Shown: piece after piece, positions 37,727 to 45,197 of the stretch | How the letters are laid out: each line of letters starts with the position of its first letter | How positions within the stretch are numbered: the stretch's first letter is position 1 | From: Synergistaceae bacterium | GTDB taxonomy: Bacteria > Synergistota > Synergistia > Synergistales > Synergistaceae | Direction: 5' to 3' | Assembly (NCBI GenBank): GCA_050175815.1 | Contig: JBFXIQ010000002.1 | Span: 1,025-65,024 of the forward strand | DNA length: 64,000 nt | The notes under the pieces: generated by a model | What the model saw: only the letters and a program-made list of their open reading frames with translations | What the model was told of the DNA's origin: nothing | Database searches by the model: none | Made by a program: the position numbers and the translations under genes

Positions 37727-39286
37727 ATGGCGGACAAGACGATTGACGAACTGTGCGCAAGTCTCGTAGAAAAACGGGAAAAGGCGGTACAGGGCGGTGG
37801 AGCAAAGGCCATTGCCAAACAGCACGAGAAAGGCAAGATGACCGCACGTGAGCGGATCGACGCACTTCTCGACCCCGGAAGCTTCGTGGAGATCGATGAG
37901 TTTGTAGAGCATCGCTGCGTAAACTTCGGTCTTCAGGATACAGTTTTCCTTGGAGACGGAGTAGTCACCGGGTATGGAACCATCGATGGACGTATCGTAT
38001 ACGTATTCAGCCAGGACTTCACAGTAATGGGCGGTTCCCTTGGCGAAATGCATGCGAAAAAGATCTGTAAGGTGCTTGATCTTGCCCTTACCAACGGAGC
38101 TCCCTGCATCGGCATCAACGATTCAGGCGGCGCGCGTATCCAGGAAGCGGTAGATGCCCTTTCCGGATATGGAAACATATTCTTCAAGAACGTTAAGGCA
38201 AGCGGAGTTATCCCTCAGTTCTCCATAATAGCGGGTCCCTGTGCAGGCGGAGCTGTTTACAGCCCGGCGCTTACCGACTTCGTGTTTATGGTCGACAAGA
38301 TCGGTGTCATGCACATTACAGGTCCTCAGGTGATCAAGGCTGTAACAGGCGAAGACGTTACATCCGAGCAGATCGGCGGAGCCAGGGCCCACAACGGGAC
38401 TTCAGGCTGCGCGCATTTCTTTGCGAAAGATGAAGCCGAGTGCTATGCTCAGGCGAGGAAAGTCCTCAGCTATCTGCCCAGCAACAACATGGAAGAACCT
38501 CCTTTCATTGAGACAGGCGACGATCCTGCACGCATGGATCCTGCCCTTCGCCAGATGGTCCCGACAAATCCCAACAAGGGATATGACGTTCGCGATGTCA
38601 TCAAAAAGATCGTTGATAATGCAGATTTCTGCGAAGTTCAGGAAATGTATGCACGTAATATAGTTACCGGTTTTGCAAGGGTAGGAGGAAGATCTATCGG
38701 CATCATTGCCAATCAGGCTAAATTCATGGCAGGATGCCTCGACATCGATGCTTCGGATAAGGCAAGCCGCCATATCCGTATATGCGATGCTTTCAACATC
38801 CCTATCGTGACCTTTGAAGATGTCCCCGGATATCTCCCCGGTCTCAATCAGGAAATGGGTGGGATCATCCGCCACGGAGCTAAGCTGCTCTACGCTTACA
38901 GCGAAGCAACAGCTCCTAAGATCACGGTAGTCCTTCGCAAGGCCTACGGCGGATCATACCTTGGCATGTGCAGCAAAGACCTTGGAGCAGATGTTGTCCT
39001 TGCATGGCCGCAGGCACAGATAGCAGTCATGGGAGCCGAAGGTGCGGCGAATATCATTTTCCGTAAAGATATTGAAGCAGCGGAAGACAAAGAAGCCATG
39101 AGAGCTAAGATGATAGAAGAGTACAAAGAGGCATTTGCTAACCCTTACTGTGCAGCAGCAAGAGGTTTCGTTGACAGGGTCATTCTTCCCGAAGAGACAA
39201 GGCCGGCTCTTTACCAGGCTCTCATTATGACAGAGTCAAAGTGTGAGCTTCGTCCGAAGCGCAAGCATGGCATCCTGCCTAACTAA
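37727..39286 (+). CDS. mmdA: methylmalonyl-CoA decarboxylase alpha subunit (carboxyltransferase)
   Basis: Carboxyl-transferase family strings (GKMTARERID.LLDPGSF.E, GDGVVTG.G.I.GR, DSGGARIQE, RKAYGG.Y). Operon partners are consistent. Confidence 0.9.
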   Translation: MADKTIDELCASLVEKREKAVQGGGAKAIAKQHEKGKMTARERIDALLDPGSFVEIDEFVEHRCVNFGLQDTVFLGDGVVTGYGTIDGRIVYVFSQDFTVMGGSLGEMHAKKICKVLDLALTNGAPCIGINDSGGARIQEAVDALSGYGNIFFKNVKASGVIPQFSIIAGPCAGGAVYSPALTDFVFMVDKIGVMHITGPQVIKAVTGEDVTSEQIGGARAHNGTSGCAHFFAKDEAECYAQARKVLSYLPSNNMEEPPFIETGDDPARMDPALRQMVPTNPNKGYDVRDVIKKIVDNADFCEVQEMYARNIVTGFARVGGRSIGIIANQAKFMAGCLDIDASDKASRHIRICDAFNIPIVTFEDVPGYLPGLNQEMGGIIRHGAKLLYAYSEATAPKITVVLRKAYGGSYLGMCSKDLGADVVLAWPQAQIAVMGAEGAANIIFRKDIEAAEDKEAMRAKMIEEYKEAFANPYCAAARGFVDRVILPEETRPALYQALIMTESKCELRPKRKHGILPN

Positions 39287-39299
39287 GGGGGAGAATTAA

Positions 39300-39689
39300 A
39301 TGACTGAGAGTGCAATAGCTGCACATTTTACAGGTGTAGGCGGCGGTCTTGTTATGTCAATGATAGCGTTCAGCATTGTTTTCATTGTAATAATGGGCCT
39401 CATGTTCATAATGATGGGAATGAAGCATGTCTGCAGGGCTATCGACGGATGCAAAAATGCCCCGGCAGCGCCCAAAGCCCCTTCTGCACCTTCGACACCC
39501 GTTGCAAAGGCAGTAGCTGCTCCGGCATCAGAAGATGACGGAGAGCTTATGGCTGTTATTTCAGCAGCTATAGCTGCTATGTGTGGAAGTGCTGCAAGAG
39601 TGGTATCTTTTGCCCCTGCAAAAGCACCCGTTGGATCAAGCTGGAAATTTATAGGCAGGATCCAGAACGCTGAGGGTTTTCAGGACTAA
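39300..39689 (+). CDS. mmdD: decarboxylase small membrane subunit (OadG/MmdD-like)
   Basis: One N-terminal TM (GGGLVMSMIAFSIVFIVIMGLMFIMM), an Ala/Pro-rich linker, then DDGELMAVISAAIAAM, typical of OadG-type subunits. Confidence 0.75.
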   Translation: MTESAIAAHFTGVGGGLVMSMIAFSIVFIVIMGLMFIMMGMKHVCRAIDGCKNAPAAPKAPSAPSTPVAKAVAAPASEDDGELMAVISAAIAAMCGSAARVVSFAPAKAPVGSSWKFIGRIQNAEGFQD

Positions 39690-39729
39690 CAACAAACTTT
39701 TACATAATATTTGAGGAGGTTTTTCTCTG

Positions 39730-40134
39730 ATGGCACGCAAGTACAGAGTTACAGTAAATGGTAAGGCATACGATGTAGATGTAGAAGAGATGGGAGCAGG
39801 AGCACCGGCAGCAGCACCTGCACCTGCGGCAGTACCCGCACCGGCACCGGTTGCAGCCCCGGCACCCGCAGCAGCACCCGCCCCGGCACCCGCAGCAGCT
39901 CCTGCACCCGCAGCCGGCGGAGCCGGAGCGATCGAAGCCCCGATGCCCGGAAAAGTCCTTAAGGTCCTTGTTTCGCAGGGAGCTCCTGTCACAGCCGGCC
40001 AGTTGGTCCTTATTCTCGAAGCAATGAAGATGGAGAATGAGATCTATGCCACTGCGGCAGGAACAGTCACTCAGGTTGGCTGTAAGGAAGGAGATTCTGT
40101 CAATACTGGCGATACTCTCCTCGTTATCGGTTAG
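39730..40134 (+). CDS. mmdC: biotin carboxyl carrier subunit
   Basis: Ala/Pro linker followed by a biotinyl domain with the EAMKMEN biotinylation motif. Confidence 0.9.
   Translation: MARKYRVTVNGKAYDVDVEEMGAGAPAAAPAPAAVPAPAPVAAPAPAAAPAPAPAAAPAPAAGGAGAIEAPMPGKVLKVLVSQGAPVTAGQLVLILEAMKMENEIYATAAGTVTQVGCKEGDSVNTGDTLLVIG
39796..39925 (+). repeat. low-complexity (GCA/CCN)n tract encoding the Ala/Pro hinge of the carrier protein
   Basis: Translated AGAPAAAPAPAAVPAPAPVAAPAPAAAPAPAPAAAPAPAAGGAG. This tract also creates the spurious antisense ORF 39636..39992. Confidence 0.85.
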
Positions 40135-40170
40135 TCTGCGTTAGCAGCACTTTCCAGGGAGGGAAATTAA

Positions 40171-41295
40171 ATGGATCTATATATGACCGCGCTAAAAGGC
40201 GTTGTGGAACAGTCAGGGTTTGTAGCCCTTAACCTGCCAACACTGATAATGCTGTTGGTCGCGTTTATACTGCTCTACCTCGCCATCGCAAAGGGTTTTG
40301 AACCTTTGCTTCTAATGCCTATCGCCTTTGGATGTATGCTCGTCAACCTGCCGCTTTCAGGCATAGTTGATCCGGGCGGATTCCTCTATTTTGTGAAGTT
40401 TGGCATCGACCATGAGCTCTACCCCGTTATCATATTCATGGGTATTGGTGCACTGACAGACTTTGGCCCGCTTCTTGCAAACCCAATAACCTTTCTGCTT
40501 GGAGCAGCTGCACAGATAGGTGTATTTTTTGCCGTTTTCGGAGCTATGGCCATGGGCTTCACGATCCAGGAAGCTGCAGGCATCGGTATTATCGGAGGAG
40601 CAGACGGTCCTACAGCCATATACCTCTGTTCCAAGCTTGCAAAAGGCATACTTCCTGCGGTTGCGGTAGCCGCTTACAGCTACATGTCACTGGTCCCGCT
40701 CATCCAGCCGCCCGTAATCAAGCTTCTGACAACGAAGAAAGACCGTTCGATAAAGATGGAGCAGCTCCGCCCCGTTACAAGGACAGAGCGTATACTCTTC
40801 CCGATCGTTTCGACGATCGCCTGCGGTCTTGTTCTTCCCGCGTCGGTGCCGCTTGTCGGGATGCTAATGTTCGGTAACCTTCTCCGTGAATGCGGATGTA
40901 CAGAGCGTCTTTCGCTTGCTGCACAGAACGAGGTTCTCAATGCTACGACGATATTCCTCGGTATATCAGTTGGTGCAACTATGAGCGCTGAGTCCTTCCT
41001 CACTGTTGCGACGATCAAGATCATAGGACTTGGACTTGTCGCGTTTATCTTCAGTACGGCCGGCGGAGTCCTCTTCGGCCAGGTCATGAAGGTGGTATCA
41101 GGCGGGAAGATCAACCCCATCATCGGAGCCGCAGGAGTTTCAGCCGTTCCGATGGCGGCACGTGTCTGCCAGAAGGTCGTTTCCAAGGAATTCCCCGGAA
41201 GCTATATCCTTATGCACGCAATGGGCCCCAATGTTGCAGGAGTAATCGGAACAGCAGTTGCTGCGGGAGCTATGCTTACCCTTCTTACTCAATAG
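40171..41295 (+). CDS. mmdB: methylmalonyl-CoA decarboxylase beta subunit (Na+ pump)
   Basis: Same family and same length (374 aa) as 43..1167. Last gene of the mmd operon. Confidence 0.9.
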   Translation: MDLYMTALKGVVEQSGFVALNLPTLIMLLVAFILLYLAIAKGFEPLLLMPIAFGCMLVNLPLSGIVDPGGFLYFVKFGIDHELYPVIIFMGIGALTDFGPLLANPITFLLGAAAQIGVFFAVFGAMAMGFTIQEAAGIGIIGGADGPTAIYLCSKLAKGILPAVAVAAYSYMSLVPLIQPPVIKLLTTKKDRSIKMEQLRPVTRTERILFPIVSTIACGLVLPASVPLVGMLMFGNLLRECGCTERLSLAAQNEVLNATTIFLGISVGATMSAESFLTVATIKIIGLGLVAFIFSTAGGVLFGQVMKVVSGGKINPIIGAAGVSAVPMAARVCQKVVSKEFPGSYILMHAMGPNVAGVIGTAVAAGAMLTLLTQ

Positions 41296-41296
41296 G

Positions 41297-41545
41297 CTGA
41301 GCGCCGGCAATAAGCAACGCTAACTTCACAACATTCGAAAGAGGCCGCTCAGCGTATTTTTTATACGCCTACGCGGTCTCTTTCTTCATGTTGCATCGTT
41401 ATCGCCGCTTCTTGCCGGCGCTCAGAACGTTATCTCAATAAGCAACGCTAACTTCACAGCAGTACAAAGGGGTTACTCGGCGTACTAGAATGCGCCTTAG
41501 GTACCCCCTCTCTTTTCATATTGTTTCATTTTCATCACGTCCAGG
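41297..41545 (+). repeat. two diverged tandem copies (~128 nt) of a hairpin-containing element, plus a 14-bp inverted repeat
   Basis: The 23-nt direct repeat CAATAAGCAACGCTAACTTCACA occurs at 41308-41330 and 41436-41458. Each copy is followed by AAAG plus a two-part hairpin (41341-41380 and 41469-41507) and a CTCTTTC/CTCTCTTTTC tail. The inverted repeat is CTGAGCGCCGGCAA (41297-41310) / TTGCCGGCGCTCAG (41412-41425). Confidence 0.8.
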
Positions 41546-41658
41546 TAACTTATAATGCTCTCTCTGTGAGTAATATTATTTTAAGCTTTCCATTTAAGAA
41601 ATTAGCCTTTCTTGACTAGAATAAAATAATGATTTCTTATTGTACTGACAACTAGCTT

Positions 41659-41670
41659 TTGGTATGCCAA
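41659..41670. promoter_or_regulatory. candidate GntR operator TTGGTATGCCAA (site 1)
   Basis: Pseudo-palindrome 42 nt upstream of the regulator start. Its reverse complement recurs at 42586-42597. Confidence 0.45.
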
Positions 41671-41711
41671 TGGTGTAAAATTATGCAACATGCTGTAGGG
41701 AGGTAATAATA

Positions 41712-42392
41712 GTGGAAGATAAACCGTTATCACTTCAAGTCTATGAGGCGATAAAAAAAGATATAGTTTCTTTAAAATATCCTCCGGGTTCATATCTAAG
41801 GGAGAGAGAATTGGCAGAAAGTCTTGGCGTTAGCAGGACCCCTGTGAGAGAGGCCATACAAAGGCTTTCTCAGGAATTATGGATAATTTCCGGTGATGGT
41901 AAAAAGATGCAGGTAAGGCCGGTGACTGCGGCAGACGTTCGTGAGATAATCCAGATACGAAATATCATAGAATTTTCAGCTATTGACTGGCTAGTCACAG
42001 AAGGAGAGCCCCGGGTCGTTGCCGGGCAGCTTGATTCGATTCTTAATGAGATGAAAAAGACCACAGAGCAGTATGTCTTCACAAACTTGGACCTAAGTTC
42101 TCACAGTCTGATAATTAAAAGTATGCAAAATGAAAGGCTGATAAGGTTCTGGGCCACGATCCAGGAGGAAGTTGTCAGGATGGGCCTAATGGCACTAAGG
42201 GGTGAGTATAGGTTTAAGGAAGTAATACAGGAGCACGAAATTCTAGTAAATGCCCTATGGAAAAAGGATCCTGAGGAAGTCAGGGCAGCAATGAAAAATC
42301 ACCTTGAAAAAAGTTTTGCTTCGCTTCTTGCACATCTTGACATCCCAGAAGGGTTAGATAATAGCAAACCTGGCAGCTATACAGGCAAATAA
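41712..42392 (+). CDS. GntR-family (FadR/FCD subfamily) transcriptional regulator
   Basis: N-terminal wHTH (YPPGSYLRERELAESLGVSRTPVREAIQRL) plus a helical FCD-type C-terminal domain. GTG start after GGGAGG. Confidence 0.9.
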   Translation: MEDKPLSLQVYEAIKKDIVSLKYPPGSYLRERELAESLGVSRTPVREAIQRLSQELWIISGDGKKMQVRPVTAADVREIIQIRNIIEFSAIDWLVTEGEPRVVAGQLDSILNEMKKTTEQYVFTNLDLSSHSLIIKSMQNERLIRFWATIQEEVVRMGLMALRGEYRFKEVIQEHEILVNALWKKDPEEVRAAMKNHLEKSFASLLAHLDIPEGLDNSKPGSYTGK

Positions 42393-42498
42393 GCTTTCAA
42401 AATTTCTATGCGTGATATTATTCGCATGCTACCGTCCATAACAAAGTATTTTTAAATAAAATAACAAAATATTTTGTTTTTTAAGAAATTCCATATTT

Positions 42499-42546
42499 TT
42501 AGGCAATGAGAAAACTTATTAAGATTTCTCGTTGCCTAATTTTTTT
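42499..42546 (+). terminator. strong intrinsic terminator after the GntR gene
   Basis: TTAGGCAATGAGAAA pairs with TTTCTCGTTGCCTAA (15 bp, one G-U) and is followed by 7 T. Confidence 0.9.
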
Positions 42547-42557
42547 GTGAATACCAC

Positions 42558-42586
42558 TTGACAACTATATATCCAATTGAGATAAT
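42558..42586 (+). promoter_or_regulatory. near-consensus sigma70 promoter of the island
   Basis: TTGACA (42558-42563), 17-nt spacer, GATAAT (42581-42586). Confidence 0.65.
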
Positions 42587-42597
42587 TGGCATACCAA
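42586..42597. promoter_or_regulatory. candidate GntR operator TTGGCATACCAA (site 2), overlapping the -10/+1 region
   Basis: Exact reverse complement of site 1. A further TGGCATA half-site lies at 42625-42631. Confidence 0.45.
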
Positions 42598-42686
42598 ATA
42601 GAAAGTTGGATGTCATACTTGTTATGGCATAATGATAAGTAAGTGTTTTTACATATTATGATCAAATTTTAGATGGGGAGAGTGCA

Positions 42687-43394
42687 GTGCCGATGAAGTT
42701 TTGTGTAAAAGAAAAAGACGGCAGTGAAAAAAATATCGATTTTATTCCGGTCCATATAATCAACGCCGGTTATACAGGGAGAGACCAGGCTGCGGTTCAG
42801 GCCCATATAGACGAACTCAAGGAGGAGGGAATTCCTGCTCCTGATAAAACGCCTGTGTACTTTACAAAATTTGAAGAGAGGATCACCCAGGAAAACTCTT
42901 TTGAAGTTTTGGACGAAACAGACCATTCAGGCGAAGCGGAGTTTGCTCTGTTGTTTGACAACGGAGAAGTTTATGTCGGTACCGGCAGCGACCATACAGA
43001 CAGAAAACTTGAAACAGTTGATATCCCAAAAGCCAAACAGGTATACCCGAATACTATCAGCAGAGATCTCTGGAAGCTTTCTGATGTTGTTGACCATTGG
43101 GATGACATAATACTCCGCAGCTGGATCAAGGTCGACGGAGTAAGAACACTCTTTCAGGAAGCAGCGCTCACTGCTATGCTTGATGCCAACGATATCATTG
43201 ATCGCATAAAAAAACTTCTTGTTGATCCGGAAGATACTCAGGGTCTTGTGGTTTATTCCGGAACTGTGGCTTCGATCATTAAATCAGAATACAGCCCATA
43301 CTTTGAAGTGGAGCTTGAAGATCCGGTACTTGGACGAAAACTTCGTAATTATTATGAGCTGAAGCCAAAGTCATCGTGGTACAAAGGGGACTAA
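42687..43394 (+). CDS. DUF2848-like protein
   Basis: The pattern INAGYTGRDQAAVQAHIDEL...GIPAPDKTPVYF...GEAEFALL...VGTGSDHTDR.LE fits my recollection of the DUF2848 family. GTG 42687 or ATG 42693 follows GGGGAG. Confidence 0.55.
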   Translation: MPMKFCVKEKDGSEKNIDFIPVHIINAGYTGRDQAAVQAHIDELKEEGIPAPDKTPVYFTKFEERITQENSFEVLDETDHSGEAEFALLFDNGEVYVGTGSDHTDRKLETVDIPKAKQVYPNTISRDLWKLSDVVDHWDDIILRSWIKVDGVRTLFQEAALTAMLDANDIIDRIKKLLVDPEDTQGLVVYSGTVASIIKSEYSPYFEVELEDPVLGRKLRNYYELKPKSSWYKGD

Positions 43395-43471
43395 GTAAAG
43401 CATTATTTTTAATAGCAACATGAGGCAGTTTTACTATATTGATTCTAAAAATTCAAGGAGGCTTTACAGTA

Positions 43472-43873
43472 ATGGCAAAACAGGAATATGAAATTTGTGA
43501 TGTTGATCTTTACGGAGAATGGCGTCTGGTAGAGGGTGGCTACAATGGGACTATGGAAAAGGTTCTTTCATATGATCCCGAGACCGGAAACTACACAAGG
43601 CTTCTGAAGTTTCCCCCCCAGACTAAAGTCCCGGATCTTCTTTCTCATGACTTCTGTGAGGAAGTCTACATCCTTGAAGGATTCCTCAAAGACGAGAAGA
43701 AAGATATAACGATGAAGGCAGGGTATTATGGATGCCGTTTGCCGGAAATGAAGCATGGACCCTATGATATCCCTCTCGGATGTGTAACTATGGAGATCCG
43801 CTACCAGGACCCTTCAAAGCCCATCGACCCTGAGTGCACGCTTTTGAAGAATAAGCTGGGAGCTCCCAGATAG
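43472..43873 (+). CDS. small cupin-fold protein (ChrR-like cupin)
   Basis: 133 aa with a beta-rich cupin-like pattern (EEVYILEG.L.D......AGYY..R.P...HGP). ATG 43472 follows AAGGAGG. Confidence 0.5.
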   Translation: MAKQEYEICDVDLYGEWRLVEGGYNGTMEKVLSYDPETGNYTRLLKFPPQTKVPDLLSHDFCEEVYILEGFLKDEKKDITMKAGYYGCRLPEMKHGPYDIPLGCVTMEIRYQDPSKPIDPECTLLKNKLGAPR

Positions 43874-43880
43874 ACAAACA

Positions 43881-43926
43881 AAAGTAGGAGAACGGCAGGC
43901 TGAAAGCCCGTCTTCTCCTACTTTTT
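43881..43926 (+). terminator. strong hairpin/terminator after the cupin gene
   Basis: AAAGTAGGAGAA pairs with TTCTCCTACTTT (12 bp, with an inner GGC/GCC extension) and is followed by TT. Confidence 0.8.
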
Positions 43927-43949
43927 AAATTAAACCGGAGGTAAAAATA

Positions 43950-45170
43950 ATGAAGCCAAATCTTGCCGTAGAGTACTGCGGAGTTAAATTTAAAAATCCC
44001 ATGATTATCGCATCTGCTTCTCCGAGTAAAAACGGTGAATACATGAAGCGCAGTGCAGATTCGGGAGCAGGCGGAGTCATCGCAAAAACTTTCAGCCCTG
44101 AACCTCTTGCACAGAAGTACGTATCCCCCCGTTTTACAGTCCTGAATAAAAAAGGCTGGCCCCATAGTTATTCGAACTATTCCTGCGAATTTTTGGCAAC
44201 ATATAATATAGAAGAATGGATGCAGGAAATGAAGGCTGCAAAGGCTGCCTGTGACGAAAGAAATTGTACGCTGGTAGGAAGCATCTCAGGGAACTCAAAA
44301 GAGAGCTGGACAGAATTGGCAAAAAGAATGGAAGATATTGGGCTTCCCATGCTTGAGCTGAATTTTGGCTGTCCGCACCCAAAAGATCTTGGATACAAGA
44401 GCGGCCAGGAATTAGGAAACTCTCCCGAGGCGGCGGCAGAAGTAACCAGGATAGTCTGTGACAGCGTAAATATCCCTGTCTTTGTAAAACTGACAAGTGA
44501 AGCAGTTAATATCGTAGATGTTGCGGGTCTGTGTAAAGCTTCCGGAGCGGCCGGTTTTACAGTTGTCAACAGATTCTCTGCACTGGATGTAGACATAGAA
44601 ACGGGGCGCCCCCTTCTTCACGGAGGATTTGCCGGAGTGGGAGGTCCCTGGATGAGGCCTATTACGCTTAAATGGATAGCAAAAATAGCAGAGGCACACG
44701 GTATGCCTATCTCTGCAACGAACGGGATATTCAGTTGGGAAGATGTGATCAAGTGCATAATGTGCGGAGCTACCACTGTCCAGACATGTACTGCCATCAT
44801 GTATGGCCCGAAACAGTTTGGCGAGGTAAAGGTCTTCCTTGACGGAGTAGAAAAATATCTTGTTGATCGCAACATTGATGACATTAATAAACTGAGAGGC
44901 ATTACGCTTCCGCAGATCATTTCATGGGATAAGGTCGACCGCGAACATAAGGCCATCAGCAGAGTCGTAGAAGACAAGTGCATTGGATGCGGACTTTGTC
45001 CCAGCTGGTGTTTCTATGACGCTATCAAGATGGTCGAAAAAGATGGCAAGAAGAAAGCACTTATCGATCCCAATAAATGCGACGGCTGCGGACTTTGCCC
45101 TGCCCTTTGTCCCAAAGATGCGATAGTCATGGAGGGTGAAGTTCCAATATACCTTGGTGATTTTAGCTAA
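43950..45170 (+). CDS. dihydroorotate/dihydropyrimidine-dehydrogenase-family flavoprotein with C-terminal 2x[4Fe-4S] domain (PreA-like)
   Basis: DHOD-type N-terminus (CGVKFKNPMIIASASPS), LELNFGCPH, and a C-terminal CIGCGLCPSWC ... CDGCGLCPALCP; 406 aa, the same size class as E. coli PreA. Confidence 0.8.
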   Translation: MKPNLAVEYCGVKFKNPMIIASASPSKNGEYMKRSADSGAGGVIAKTFSPEPLAQKYVSPRFTVLNKKGWPHSYSNYSCEFLATYNIEEWMQEMKAAKAACDERNCTLVGSISGNSKESWTELAKRMEDIGLPMLELNFGCPHPKDLGYKSGQELGNSPEAAAEVTRIVCDSVNIPVFVKLTSEAVNIVDVAGLCKASGAAGFTVVNRFSALDVDIETGRPLLHGGFAGVGGPWMRPITLKWIAKIAEAHGMPISATNGIFSWEDVIKCIMCGATTVQTCTAIMYGPKQFGEVKVFLDGVEKYLVDRNIDDINKLRGITLPQIISWDKVDREHKAISRVVEDKCIGCGLCPSWCFYDAIKMVEKDGKKKALIDPNKCDGCGLCPALCPKDAIVMEGEVPIYLGDFS

Positions 45171-45197
45171 TATAAAATAAAAAGAGATGATTTTAAA

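Noticed and set aside
39636-39992. 118-aa minus-strand ORF rich in Ala/Gly (AGAGAAAGAG...)
   Set aside because: It is the antisense reading of the Ala/Pro hinge-coding repeat of the biotin carrier gene, which makes it a low-complexity artefact.
41297-41425. MITE-like mobile element defined by the 14-bp terminal inverted repeats
   Set aside because: There is no target-site duplication directly flanking the inverted repeats, no other copy in the window and no transposase. A tandem duplication of a 3'-UTR hairpin module explains the arrangement better.
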